Source: Deltaproteobacteria bacterium GWB2_55_19 | GTDB lineage: Bacteria > Desulfobacterota > GWC2-55-46 | DNA length: 64,000 nucleotides | Assembly (NCBI GenBank): GCA_001797465.1 | Contig: MGPQ01000014.1 | Location: 801-64,800 of the forward strand | Direction: 5' to 3' | In this document: piece by piece, positions 9,708-17,501 of the stretch | How positions within the stretch are numbered: the first letter of the stretch is position 1 | Layout of the letters: each line of letters opens with the position of its first letter | The notes under the pieces: model-generated | What the model saw: only the letters and a program-made list of their open reading frames with translations | Told to the model about the DNA's origin: nothing | Databases searched by the model: none | Translations under genes and position numbers: made by a program

Positions 9708-10031
9708 TCAGTACTTCAGCACGCCGCTTAATATGGTCCCCATTGCACCGAGCCCGAGCGCCGCCATCACATAGATTACCGCCTTGAATACCCACCCCGA
9801 GGCCATTACGAGGTTCGGTAGCGCCTTCTCAACCGATTCTATCCGCTCGCCGTTCTTTCTTATGAGCCTGAATGCGCGCTTGATCGCGTCAGTCACGGCG
9901 TTATGCCGTTCTTCGAGGACAGCGAGCGTCTTTAAAGACACGGCGATGTCTTTCAACGCCTCCTTTATCTCGAAGAGGTCCCCTGAGACCGATTTGAGCC
10001 CCTCTTCCACCCTGATGAGTCTTTCTTCCAT
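9708..10031 (-). CDS. XhlA-like lysis-associated protein (coiled coil plus C-terminal TM)
   Basis: 107 aa. The N-terminal ~70 aa are heptad-like (RVEEGLKSVSGDLFEIKEALKDI...), followed by a single C-terminal TM (WVFKAVIYVMAALGLGAMGTIL). Sits directly upstream of the endolysin. Confidence 0.5.
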   Translation of the reverse strand: MEERLIRVEEGLKSVSGDLFEIKEALKDIAVSLKTLAVLEERHNAVTDAIKRAFRLIRKNGERIESVEKALPNLVMASGWVFKAVIYVMAALGLGAMGTILSGVLKY

Positions 10032-10073
10032 CTGACTCCCCCGTAAAAATTCGCCAAAAAACTCAACTTGGCC

Positions 10074-10195
10074 CAGGTTGCTTTAAAAGCTCCAGATGCG
10101 AGGCGTCGAGAAGAGAGGAACGAGGCGTACTTTTTTGTACACCACAGTTCCGAGCGCCTAAGACAACAAAGCAGATGGAGTTTTAAAACAGCCTG
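10074..10195. repeat. Long imperfect palindromic repeat, copy A (family also at 44484-44582 and 52505-52622)
   Basis: Shares the blocks CAGGYTGC..AAAAGCTCCAGATGCGAGGC..GAGGCGTAC-loop-GTAC(G/A)CC..ACGAGC..GACAA(C)AAAGCAGATGGA..CAGCCTG with copy B. The central stem is GGCGTAC/GTACACC. It starts 1 nt after the stop codon of the upstream ORF. Confidence 0.8.
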
Positions 10196-10726
10196 CTAAG
10201 TCATCCTTCCGACGGCCTTGTCTATGTACGCGTTATAGCTCCCGGTGGTGTGCGAGAGCTGCACCTCGAACGTCTGCCATCCGCTCAAGGCGGAAACGTC
10301 TATGGTGCCGGGGCCGTGCCAGGCGTATACCGTCTCATCCGGCGTCCCCTGCACGGTGGTCCCGTCCGTCGCGCCTGTCTTAAGCCTCATGTCGGCGCGG
10401 CCCGTGAACTCCACCTTTGTCCTCGCGCAGTACGCGAGCGCGGTCAAGTCCGCCGGTATGTAGAGCATGACCGTGTCTATTGTCACGAACGACAGCGAGA
10501 TCGTCATGGCGTCCCTGTCCATGAGGAGTATCTGGCCGCCGGAGATGGACCTGCTGTTCACGCCGTCGTGGCTGTGGTTCGACTCCGCCGCGTAGTCTCC
10601 CCCGAGCCACTCCCTCAGATGGACGTCGTTGTCCCGGAGCGACGTCATAAGGGAGACGTCTATGGGGCTGTCCGCGTCCACCGCCGAATCTGTTATTACC
10701 GTAAATGTCTTGCTCGGATAAGCCAT
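10196..10726 (-). CDS. Hypothetical phage tail-associated protein
   Basis: 176-aa ORF at the end of the tail module. No recognisable motif. Confidence 0.55.
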   Translation of the reverse strand: MAYPSKTFTVITDSAVDADSPIDVSLMTSLRDNDVHLREWLGGDYAAESNHSHDGVNSRSISGGQILLMDRDAMTISLSFVTIDTVMLYIPADLTALAYCARTKVEFTGRADMRLKTGATDGTTVQGTPDETVYAWHGPGTIDVSALSGWQTFEVQLSHTTGSYNAYIDKAVGRMT

Positions 10727-10735
10727 CTCCCCCTC

Positions 10736-12340
10736 CTACCAGATGTGTGACCTTGCCGCGAAACCGTAGGCGCGCGTCTCCTTCGAGGCCGCGCCGTAAT
10801 CCGGGGTATCCGGAGGCGCCACGAACCCATAGTTCCGCATCATCTTCGCCCTCATCGCCTCGATAGCCGTCTTCCCGGCCGTGATATCGGGCCTTACGGA
10901 CGTTATCATCACCCGCTCCCTCTGCCAACTCGAGACCCCCTTGTCCGAGGCCTCGTCGGTTGTTATGTCCAACAGGTCCGTCGGCCTTAAAAAACGCCCG
11001 CTCGTCGTCCCGTTGTTGATGTCCACCTCGAAGGAGACCGTCGACGACGGGTCGCGGTAGAAGTTCAGGAGCTTGTTCGCCACAGACGAAGCGAGGACCG
11101 GGCCGTTCAATGGCTCGACCGTTATATAGTCCGTAGCGTCTGCGGCAGGGAGCGCCCCCGCGTCCACTATGACCCTTAAATACTTAGACCCGTCCGCGTC
11201 GCTTATGTCGTACCTCCCGCTCTGCGCGACCTCTACGGCACTGCCAGCCGTACCTCCCTGCGGGGTCCATTGGAGCGTGTTATCGGCCTTAATGTAGACG
11301 AGGGCGCCGCTCCCCTCCCCGTTCGACTTCGAGGCGTGAAAGACTACCACCCCGGTTATGGTCGAGGCCTGGGAAAACGTATAAGACCTTATCCATCTCG
11401 CCTTCACGGTCTTTGTCGAGGCCTCGTCCCACTGGGACTCGTCCTCTGATGCCGCGTCCAGGGCAATAACGGCGGACTCAAAATTTTCCGTCCCGTCGCT
11501 CCCCGACTCGTCGTAGTCGTAGTAGACGACGACCCTGTTGTAAAAGTTGTCCCTGTACCCGCTCTTCTGCGAGAAGCTCTTCTCCAGTATCTCCTTATCT
11601 GTCCACTCCTCGACCGTTTCGCCCGGGAGCGGCGGCGCGTAGACCTTGAGAGATATCCTCTCGCCGTCGTGTATTATGAACGAGTTCGTCTCGGCCTGTA
11701 GCTCGTTAAGATATTCGTTAGCCGCCTCCGGCTCGGTAATGACGCGGGAGAACTTCCAGCCGTTAAGCCACAGGTCGCGCTCAGTGGCGAACTTTCCGGT
11801 ATCGACGCACTCCGGAGCCACCCCGAGCCTGTTTACGAGGATGTCCGTCATGATGTCAGCCGGGTTCGCTCCGAGATAGCTTATGTACTGGGTGTTCTCC
11901 TCGGTCTCCTCCGGTATTTTAATCGTAGCGTCGATAAGGTCGTCGGATATTGTAATGGTAAGCTCGTCGCCCTTCCTCGACCAGTCCGAGACGATCCCCG
12001 TATACGTCGCCGCATAATCCGCGTAGCAAAATCCCTCCGAGACAAAACCGTCCTTCCTCGTCACCCTGCGGTTTTTGACGTACTCTCCCTTAATAAACTC
12101 CCGGAAGTTCTCCCTGCCCGTGATTACCGCTGTTATCTCCCCCCTCGTCGTGTAGCCCTTCCTGGTGTCGAGCTTGGACTGGAACGAGGATACGGTCTTG
12201 AGGCACGGGACGATATCGAAAAACCCGCCCGTGTGGAAACCGAACTTCCTTACGCCTGAGTCCAGATTGAGCTCAAGGACGACGTTCGGCACGTTCACAT
12301 TCTCCTTTAGCTCCTTAAGGTATCTCTCCGTCAGTCCCAT
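10736..12340 (-). CDS. Phage tail tip / host-specificity-like protein
   Basis: 534 aa from MGLTERYLKEL (ATG 12340, 8 nt after the upstream stop). Size, position and the segment NEYLNELQAETNSFIIHDGERISLKVY resemble Phage-tail_3 type proteins. Confidence 0.55.
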   Translation of the reverse strand: MGLTERYLKELKENVNVPNVVLELNLDSGVRKFGFHTGGFFDIVPCLKTVSSFQSKLDTRKGYTTRGEITAVITGRENFREFIKGEYVKNRRVTRKDGFVSEGFCYADYAATYTGIVSDWSRKGDELTITISDDLIDATIKIPEETEENTQYISYLGANPADIMTDILVNRLGVAPECVDTGKFATERDLWLNGWKFSRVITEPEAANEYLNELQAETNSFIIHDGERISLKVYAPPLPGETVEEWTDKEILEKSFSQKSGYRDNFYNRVVVYYDYDESGSDGTENFESAVIALDAASEDESQWDEASTKTVKARWIRSYTFSQASTITGVVVFHASKSNGEGSGALVYIKADNTLQWTPQGGTAGSAVEVAQSGRYDISDADGSKYLRVIVDAGALPAADATDYITVEPLNGPVLASSVANKLLNFYRDPSSTVSFEVDINNGTTSGRFLRPTDLLDITTDEASDKGVSSWQRERVMITSVRPDITAGKTAIEAMRAKMMRNYGFVAPPDTPDYGAASKETRAYGFAARSHIW

Positions 12341-12348
12341 GGCCCGCC

Positions 12349-14007
12349 CTATGTGTTGTTGGATACCGCGCAATACCAGTTAGTCCCGTCGAATACCGCG
12401 CTCATGGTATCTCCCGAGGACGCCGTAAAGTCGGTCCCGCCGTTGCCCTTGAGGTTCGTCCCAGTAAAGTCAACGGTGGTGTTCGCGTCGTTGAAGAGGA
12501 TTAAGACCTCCTGCCCCGTCACGCCGTCGTCGAGCATGGTAATAGTCGTCGCCCCGGCGTTTGCGGTTTTAAAGAGGCTTCCACTGGCCACACTCGGCGT
12601 CGCGTCAAGGGAGGTGAAGGATACGAAGTTCCCCCTCTTCTGCGAGGACAAACCATAAGTCGTATCAAACTTGGTGAAAAGGTCTATCCTCGCCGGGTTC
12701 GATATGGTAGTGGTGAGAGTGGTGTCCATCTCGTTTCCCTCGACACGCAGGCCCCTCTGGACGGCGTCCTGAATATCAATCCCTATGGTCGTGCCCGGGG
12801 CAGAGGCGGATTTATAAAATTTATTCCTTAAAATCTCCTTGCCGTACGAATACAGGCTTCCCCAAACCTGTATGCCCGTCACGAGGATGTTTCCGAAGAT
12901 GTTGTCCTCTATCGTGGCCCTGTCTATTCCAGCTATGCTCGTGTCGGCATCGTTCTTGCCGAGTGAAAGGGCTATGTCGTTGTTCGAGAACCATGCCCCC
13001 TTTACGCTCGTCAACTGCGCCCGGTTATGGATAATCATGCCTATACCGCCGTTAGCCCCGTCCTGGCAGGCCTCGATATAAGACCCCCACCAGTTGACAT
13101 TCTTCGCGCCGCTCCCCACAAGGACCCCGTGAGTCTTATGGGTCGAAGCCTGACAGCCTATGCAATTGATAGTCGTGATTATCGCGCCTGAGCCATACGT
13201 GTTATGCCCCAGCTCCCATCCCTTGTCGAAGGAGACCGTATTTACATTTATGAAGGTGAGGTTGCCGCCCCCGTTTTGCGTAGTGAGCGTGCGGACGATG
13301 AGCCCTGTGTCTGATACGGTCTTGCCCGCGCCGTAAATCAATACATCCGACCAGGTACAAACATAACCCCCTTCATAAAGGATCCCGCCACCCGAGCCTT
13401 TTTGCCCGACAAGGAGCCTGTTCAGCGTAAACCCGTAATTGGCGATGTCTACATCCAGTACCTGAGTCGTGTTGGTCGCGATTATTGACATATCCTCGAT
13501 GACAAAGTTGGACATCCTTGAGCTTACTCCGGTGCCGTCCAACTTTATCGCGGGCCCCGTAGCGTCGGTAGATTCAAGGACCGTCCGATTAAAAACGGAA
13601 TACAGGAAGTTGTAGCCTCCGACCGCGCCATCGCCGAAAAATTTGATTTTGCCCTCGTAACCCGCCGTCTGCGGCCATCCGGGATTGAGAGTGGCGTCGT
13701 AGTAAAGGTATAGCCTCGTGAACTTGTAATGGCCCTCTGGCGCGTAGACATTGAGGCCGTTCGTGGCCGCGTAGTTTATGGCGTCCTGTATGGCCGTCGT
13801 GTCGTCGGTCGCTCCGTCGCCTGTTGCGCCGAAGGCCCGGACGTCTACGACGGGGCGCTTTGTGATGAGGTCGGTATAGATGTTCGCTGACTTGTGAGTC
13901 CCGTCGTTATTGTGCTCAACGAGCGAGAGCCTGTTTATGGTGTCGATTTTGGTCGCGTGGTTCGAGCCTACGAGTTCTTCCGTGTACTGTATCCTCTGGT
14001 CCGCCAT
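12349..14007 (-). CDS. Tailspike / depolymerase with pectate-lyase-like right-handed beta-helix
   Basis: N-terminal phage anchor, then VDVRAFGATGDGATDDTTAIQDAINYA (the Pectate_lyase_3 signature), followed by Gly/Asn-rich beta-helix-like repeats. Confidence 0.75.
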   Translation of the reverse strand: MADQRIQYTEELVGSNHATKIDTINRLSLVEHNNDGTHKSANIYTDLITKRPVVDVRAFGATGDGATDDTTAIQDAINYAATNGLNVYAPEGHYKFTRLYLYYDATLNPGWPQTAGYEGKIKFFGDGAVGGYNFLYSVFNRTVLESTDATGPAIKLDGTGVSSRMSNFVIEDMSIIATNTTQVLDVDIANYGFTLNRLLVGQKGSGGGILYEGGYVCTWSDVLIYGAGKTVSDTGLIVRTLTTQNGGGNLTFINVNTVSFDKGWELGHNTYGSGAIITTINCIGCQASTHKTHGVLVGSGAKNVNWWGSYIEACQDGANGGIGMIIHNRAQLTSVKGAWFSNNDIALSLGKNDADTSIAGIDRATIEDNIFGNILVTGIQVWGSLYSYGKEILRNKFYKSASAPGTTIGIDIQDAVQRGLRVEGNEMDTTLTTTISNPARIDLFTKFDTTYGLSSQKRGNFVSFTSLDATPSVASGSLFKTANAGATTITMLDDGVTGQEVLILFNDANTTVDFTGTNLKGNGGTDFTASSGDTMSAVFDGTNWYCAVSNNT

Positions 14008-14010
14008 GTG

Positions 14011-14868
14011 CTACTCCTTCCGCCCCTTGAGTTTAATTGAGATGTCCCTGTAGCACCCGCCGCCCTTTAAGGGGTTTTTGAACTTCCCCTCGGGCCTCAT
14101 CAGAAATACCTCGGCAGGCTTTCCGGAGGTCTCCCACCCGACGAAGAAGTTCCTCATGCCGGATATATCCCACCAGCGCCTTACCTTCTCGTACAGGGTC
14201 ACCGTATCAGACCCCTTTGCCGTAATCGCACCGTCGGCCCTGTACGAGCCGTCCGCGAAGTACCCGCTTGGCCTCACGTCCACGTCCTCGAACTTAAGCG
14301 ACATCGACTTTTCCGTATACCTCGTGTGTATCCCGGCGACGTGCCCACCGTAGCTCAAATTCACCTCGGCGACAGCCTCTTCCTCGTTCGGGTCGTAGCT
14401 TGAGCTCGCGTAATCGAGTTCGGTAGCCACCCCCCACGCGCATATCGAAATGCATGGCTCGACCCTGTGCCCGGTGATCTTGAGCCTCCAGTACCTCCTG
14501 GCCCCTGGGTTCGTGAACTCCTTAAGAAAGGCCTTGTCCGACCTCACGCACGTAGCCTGGAACGAGTCCGTGTAATTCACCCCGTCTTCCGAGTGCTGGA
14601 GCGTGACCTCCGCGCTCGCGGTCCCGAGGTTGTGCCCGTAGACGGCAAGGTAGTCAGCGGACGACCGGACAGACCCGAGGCCGGTATCGAGCGTTATAAA
14701 GTGCGGGTCCGTAAGGTCCGCCGCCTTCCACATCGTCGTCTCCATCATGCCGGAGATATTATCCACGCGTGAATCCTCCGAGGCCTCCGTAGAGGCCGTA
14801 AGCGCCGCCCCGCTCTGCCCAAGCAACGTGTCGTAATATATTTTTACCTTCGCCCATACAGCCATCAT
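14011..14868 (-). CDS. Hypothetical phage distal-tail protein
   Basis: 285-aa ORF between the lipoprotein moron and the tailspike. Call rests on position only. Confidence 0.5.
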   Translation of the reverse strand: MMAVWAKVKIYYDTLLGQSGAALTASTEASEDSRVDNISGMMETTMWKAADLTDPHFITLDTGLGSVRSSADYLAVYGHNLGTASAEVTLQHSEDGVNYTDSFQATCVRSDKAFLKEFTNPGARRYWRLKITGHRVEPCISICAWGVATELDYASSSYDPNEEEAVAEVNLSYGGHVAGIHTRYTEKSMSLKFEDVDVRPSGYFADGSYRADGAITAKGSDTVTLYEKVRRWWDISGMRNFFVGWETSGKPAEVFLMRPEGKFKNPLKGGGCYRDISIKLKGRKE

Positions 14869-14884
14869 TCACCCCGAGATATTT

Positions 14885-15643
14885 TCATTTCTTCGCCTTT
14901 TTATAAGACTCCCACAAACTCTGACGAATTCTATCCAGAAATTGATATTGATAGTACCTTGACTTGCCTCCTCCGTACCAGGCAACATACACCTCTCCGG
15001 TAATCTTGTCCTTCGTCCGATATCGCTGTTCCGATGTGGCATTGACCTCTACCCTCGCGTAATCTCCGTTCATGGAAAGCCAGATAGCCAGGCGGCTCCT
15101 GAATTCACCTTCGTCCCGGGTATGAGTCGATAAATATCCATCCTCTTTTCTCATCTGGGCTATCGTATATCCGAGGTCGTGAACCGCCCTTATTACAGTA
15201 TCCCACATCTCATCAAAACCCGCCCTTACCTCGAAAGTATCCTCTCCCATGCTCTGCTCCCTCTTTGGTCCGAGCGGGAGCAGATACCCTGATATTTTTT
15301 GGTTGAAAATATAAAGAGCACTTAAATAAGCCGTCTCTCCCTCTTCAAGCCTGACCCTGTAGAAAACATCGCAAGCGTTATTCGGCATGCCCACCCGTAT
15401 ATTGAAATCGAACGGACAATCCCCTTTCTCCGTCCTTATGGGGCACTCCACTTCTTCGATTACAAACTCTTCAGGTTTCTCCATACTAAAAGGTTTTGTA
15501 TTATTTGCAGGTTCCTTGAAGAAAAGGACCTTCTCAGGCACGATAGCCGCATACCGCTCACCTATCATGAAGTTATGCGTAGGTATATATGTGCATGAGC
15601 AGAGAATGAACAAAAAAGCCGCGCTTAATAAAAAACTTTTCAT
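14885..15643 (-). CDS. Lipoprotein (moron inside the tail module)
   Basis: Signal peptide MKSFLLSAAFLFILCSC with a lipobox-like LCSC. GAGGAG SD. Sampled 60-nt lines have 35-48% GC against 55-65% in neighbouring genes. Confidence 0.7.
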   Translation of the reverse strand: MKSFLLSAAFLFILCSCTYIPTHNFMIGERYAAIVPEKVLFFKEPANNTKPFSMEKPEEFVIEEVECPIRTEKGDCPFDFNIRVGMPNNACDVFYRVRLEEGETAYLSALYIFNQKISGYLLPLGPKREQSMGEDTFEVRAGFDEMWDTVIRAVHDLGYTIAQMRKEDGYLSTHTRDEGEFRSRLAIWLSMNGDYARVEVNATSEQRYRTKDKITGEVYVAWYGGGKSRYYQYQFLDRIRQSLWESYKKAKK

Positions 15644-15677
15644 CTGAAGGCTCCTCTGCTATGAATTATTCAAATCC

Positions 15678-15717
15678 GCTGAGATGAAAACAAATCAAAA
15701 AAACTTTTCATCTCAGC
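15678..15717 (-). promoter_or_regulatory. Perfect 13-bp stem-loop between the tape-measure-like gene and the lipoprotein moron
   Basis: GCTGAGATGAAAA-14 nt-TTTTCATCTCAGC in a ~30% GC spacer. Possible terminator, attenuator or 5'-UTR structure. Confidence 0.5.
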
Positions 15718-15785
15718 TTTCAAAATCATTTTATACATAGCCACCCTGAATGTATCATAAAACGCACATATATTCAATAAATAGT

Positions 15786-16652
15786 TTATTTATTGACTGA
15801 AATGGTTATATTCTTCTCCGCCGCGTTGTTAAGCGCAGGCACTATGCTCTCCTCCACTATCTTCTGCCAGTTTTGCTCTGAAAGGGGGTTGTAGATATTG
15901 ACGGTCACCTGCTGTGTCGCGCCTGTTGAACCCGAATCGTATGCCTGAACTGATGAAGACGACTGGGCAGAAGAGGTCCCTGACGATGAAGATGACGATG
16001 ACGACTCATCGCTGTCCCCCGGCACAAGCGCCTGCACGCCTGCCGCGGCCGCAAGCGAAGCCCCGGCTATCACCCCGAACTCCTCAGCCGCCGCAAAGTG
16101 CATCCCGGCCGTTCCCGGCGAGCCCACGGCCAGGTCCTTAAGCCCCATCGCGGTCTCGTAGATCGCCCATATGGCGGCCTTCGCGGCAAGCCCCGTAAGC
16201 TCTATCTTTACCTGCTCTGCCATGGCCTTTGCGAATTCGCCTATCGAGAACTTGTGAATTTCAACGAGCTTCAATAGTTCGTCGCCAAGCGCCTGATACG
16301 CCTTAGTCTCCACTGACTGCATGGATTTGACACCCGCCTCATGTAGTTTCCTGTATCCGTCAAGTGCCGTGAAACTCTCTTTTTCGAGATCTATCCTTGC
16401 CTTGAAATACTCCTCTTCCTCCTTGAACCGCTCCCCTATCTCAAGAAAGCCGAATATCGACCCCTCTTCGGCCTTGAACAATTCCAGCGCCGCGCCTGAC
16501 TCGCTCACGGCTGACATGAACTCGCTTGCCGATGCGCTCAGGCTCCAGTACCGCTCCTCCACCGACGCAAGCGCGGCCTCGTACCCGAGCATAGCCTCAG
16601 TGGACGTGTCCAATCCGCTATCCTTATCAACACTATCCTGCCTTTTCGCCAT
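15786..16652 (-). CDS. Tape-measure-like protein (short)
   Basis: Sits directly after the G/GT chaperone pair. Alpha-helical N-terminal half, a hydrophobic Gly/Ala-rich segment (GLAAKAAIWAIYETAMGL...GVIAGASLAAAAGV), and a poly-Ser tract. Confidence 0.6.
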   Translation of the reverse strand: MAKRQDSVDKDSGLDTSTEAMLGYEAALASVEERYWSLSASASEFMSAVSESGAALELFKAEEGSIFGFLEIGERFKEEEEYFKARIDLEKESFTALDGYRKLHEAGVKSMQSVETKAYQALGDELLKLVEIHKFSIGEFAKAMAEQVKIELTGLAAKAAIWAIYETAMGLKDLAVGSPGTAGMHFAAAEEFGVIAGASLAAAAGVQALVPGDSDESSSSSSSSGTSSAQSSSSVQAYDSGSTGATQQVTVNIYNPLSEQNWQKIVEESIVPALNNAAEKNITISVNK

Positions 16653-17420
16653 CCGCTATATCCTTCCTGAACGCCGCATTTTCTGCCCTGAATATCTCGA
16701 ACGCCTCAACGAGCCACGCGCTCTGGTCCCCCCACCCGCCGCTGAAAAACATCCTTCCGCCTTCCATCAGGTAGACCGCCCTTACTATCTCCCGCGTCTC
16801 CCAGGTAATAAAGCTCAAGGGGCACTCGTATAGCCTCAAACCCCGGAGGCTGAAGACCTTCGGAGCCCCCTTTGCCTTGAGCTCCTCGGCGACCCCTTCC
16901 GTGTATCTAAAGACCGCCTTTGCCGCATCCGACAGACCGAGCGAATTAGCGCAATTTCTCTGGACCCGGTCCTTGGGGCCGCATCTCCCGCAATCGAAAG
17001 GGCTTCCGTCCCTTGTTGCCAGCAAACTCAGGCGGAAGCCCGCTGTCAGTTTTTTATCTGTCCCTCCGAGAGCTTGGAGCTTGACTCCATCGCCTTTATT
17101 ATTTCAAGTATCAGGTCGGTGTCCGCCGTATCGTATAACCTCTCGGGGTCGCGCGCCTCGGCGCCGTCGACGAAGTAGTTCGAGACACTCTCCACATTCT
17201 CGACGAACTGCCTCTTTTGCACCTCCTGGCCGACCTCGGCGATCTTAAGGTTATCGCCCGCGCCTTTGGCCCTCGTGGCAATGAGGCGGGAGTAATGTTG
17301 CACCCGCGAGTACGGGCAGAACTTGAGCCTTACTACACACGGGTCCGCGCTCTCCCTGTTCCCGGCGTAGGCCGGGACATAATCTATCAGAGCCTCTTTA
17401 TCGAATGAGATTATCGCCAT
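16633..17420 (-). CDS. Tail assembly chaperone GT-type fusion product (programmed -1 frameshift)
   Basis: The ORF 16633..17025 lies in the -1 frame relative to 17046..17420. That frame is open back through the slippery A_AAA_AAC heptamer (..KKLTAGFRLSLLATRDG..). Confidence 0.7.
17046..17420 (-). CDS. Tail assembly chaperone (G-type, unshifted product)
   Basis: 124-aa acidic protein between the tail tube and tape-measure genes. AAGGAG SD. Ends ...GQIKN* with the slip site in the last three codons. Confidence 0.7.
   Translation of the reverse strand: MAIISFDKEALIDYVPAYAGNRESADPCVVRLKFCPYSRVQHYSRLIATRAKGAGDNLKIAEVGQEVQKRQFVENVESVSNYFVDGAEARDPERLYDTADTDLILEIIKAMESSSKLSEGQIKN
17049..17055 (-). 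other. -1 ribosomal frameshift slippery heptamer A AAA AAC
   Basis: Minus strand reads CAG ATA AAA AAC TGA. The X_XXY_YYZ pattern is in the correct zero-frame phase, one codon before the stop. Confidence 0.7.
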
Positions 17421-17501
17421 CCGTATCTCCTTTTTGCTTTTACTTCCCCTCCCTCGATGTGAGGGGACTGAGGCAAGGGGGGAAAAAAGTTTTTTTACCC
17501 T

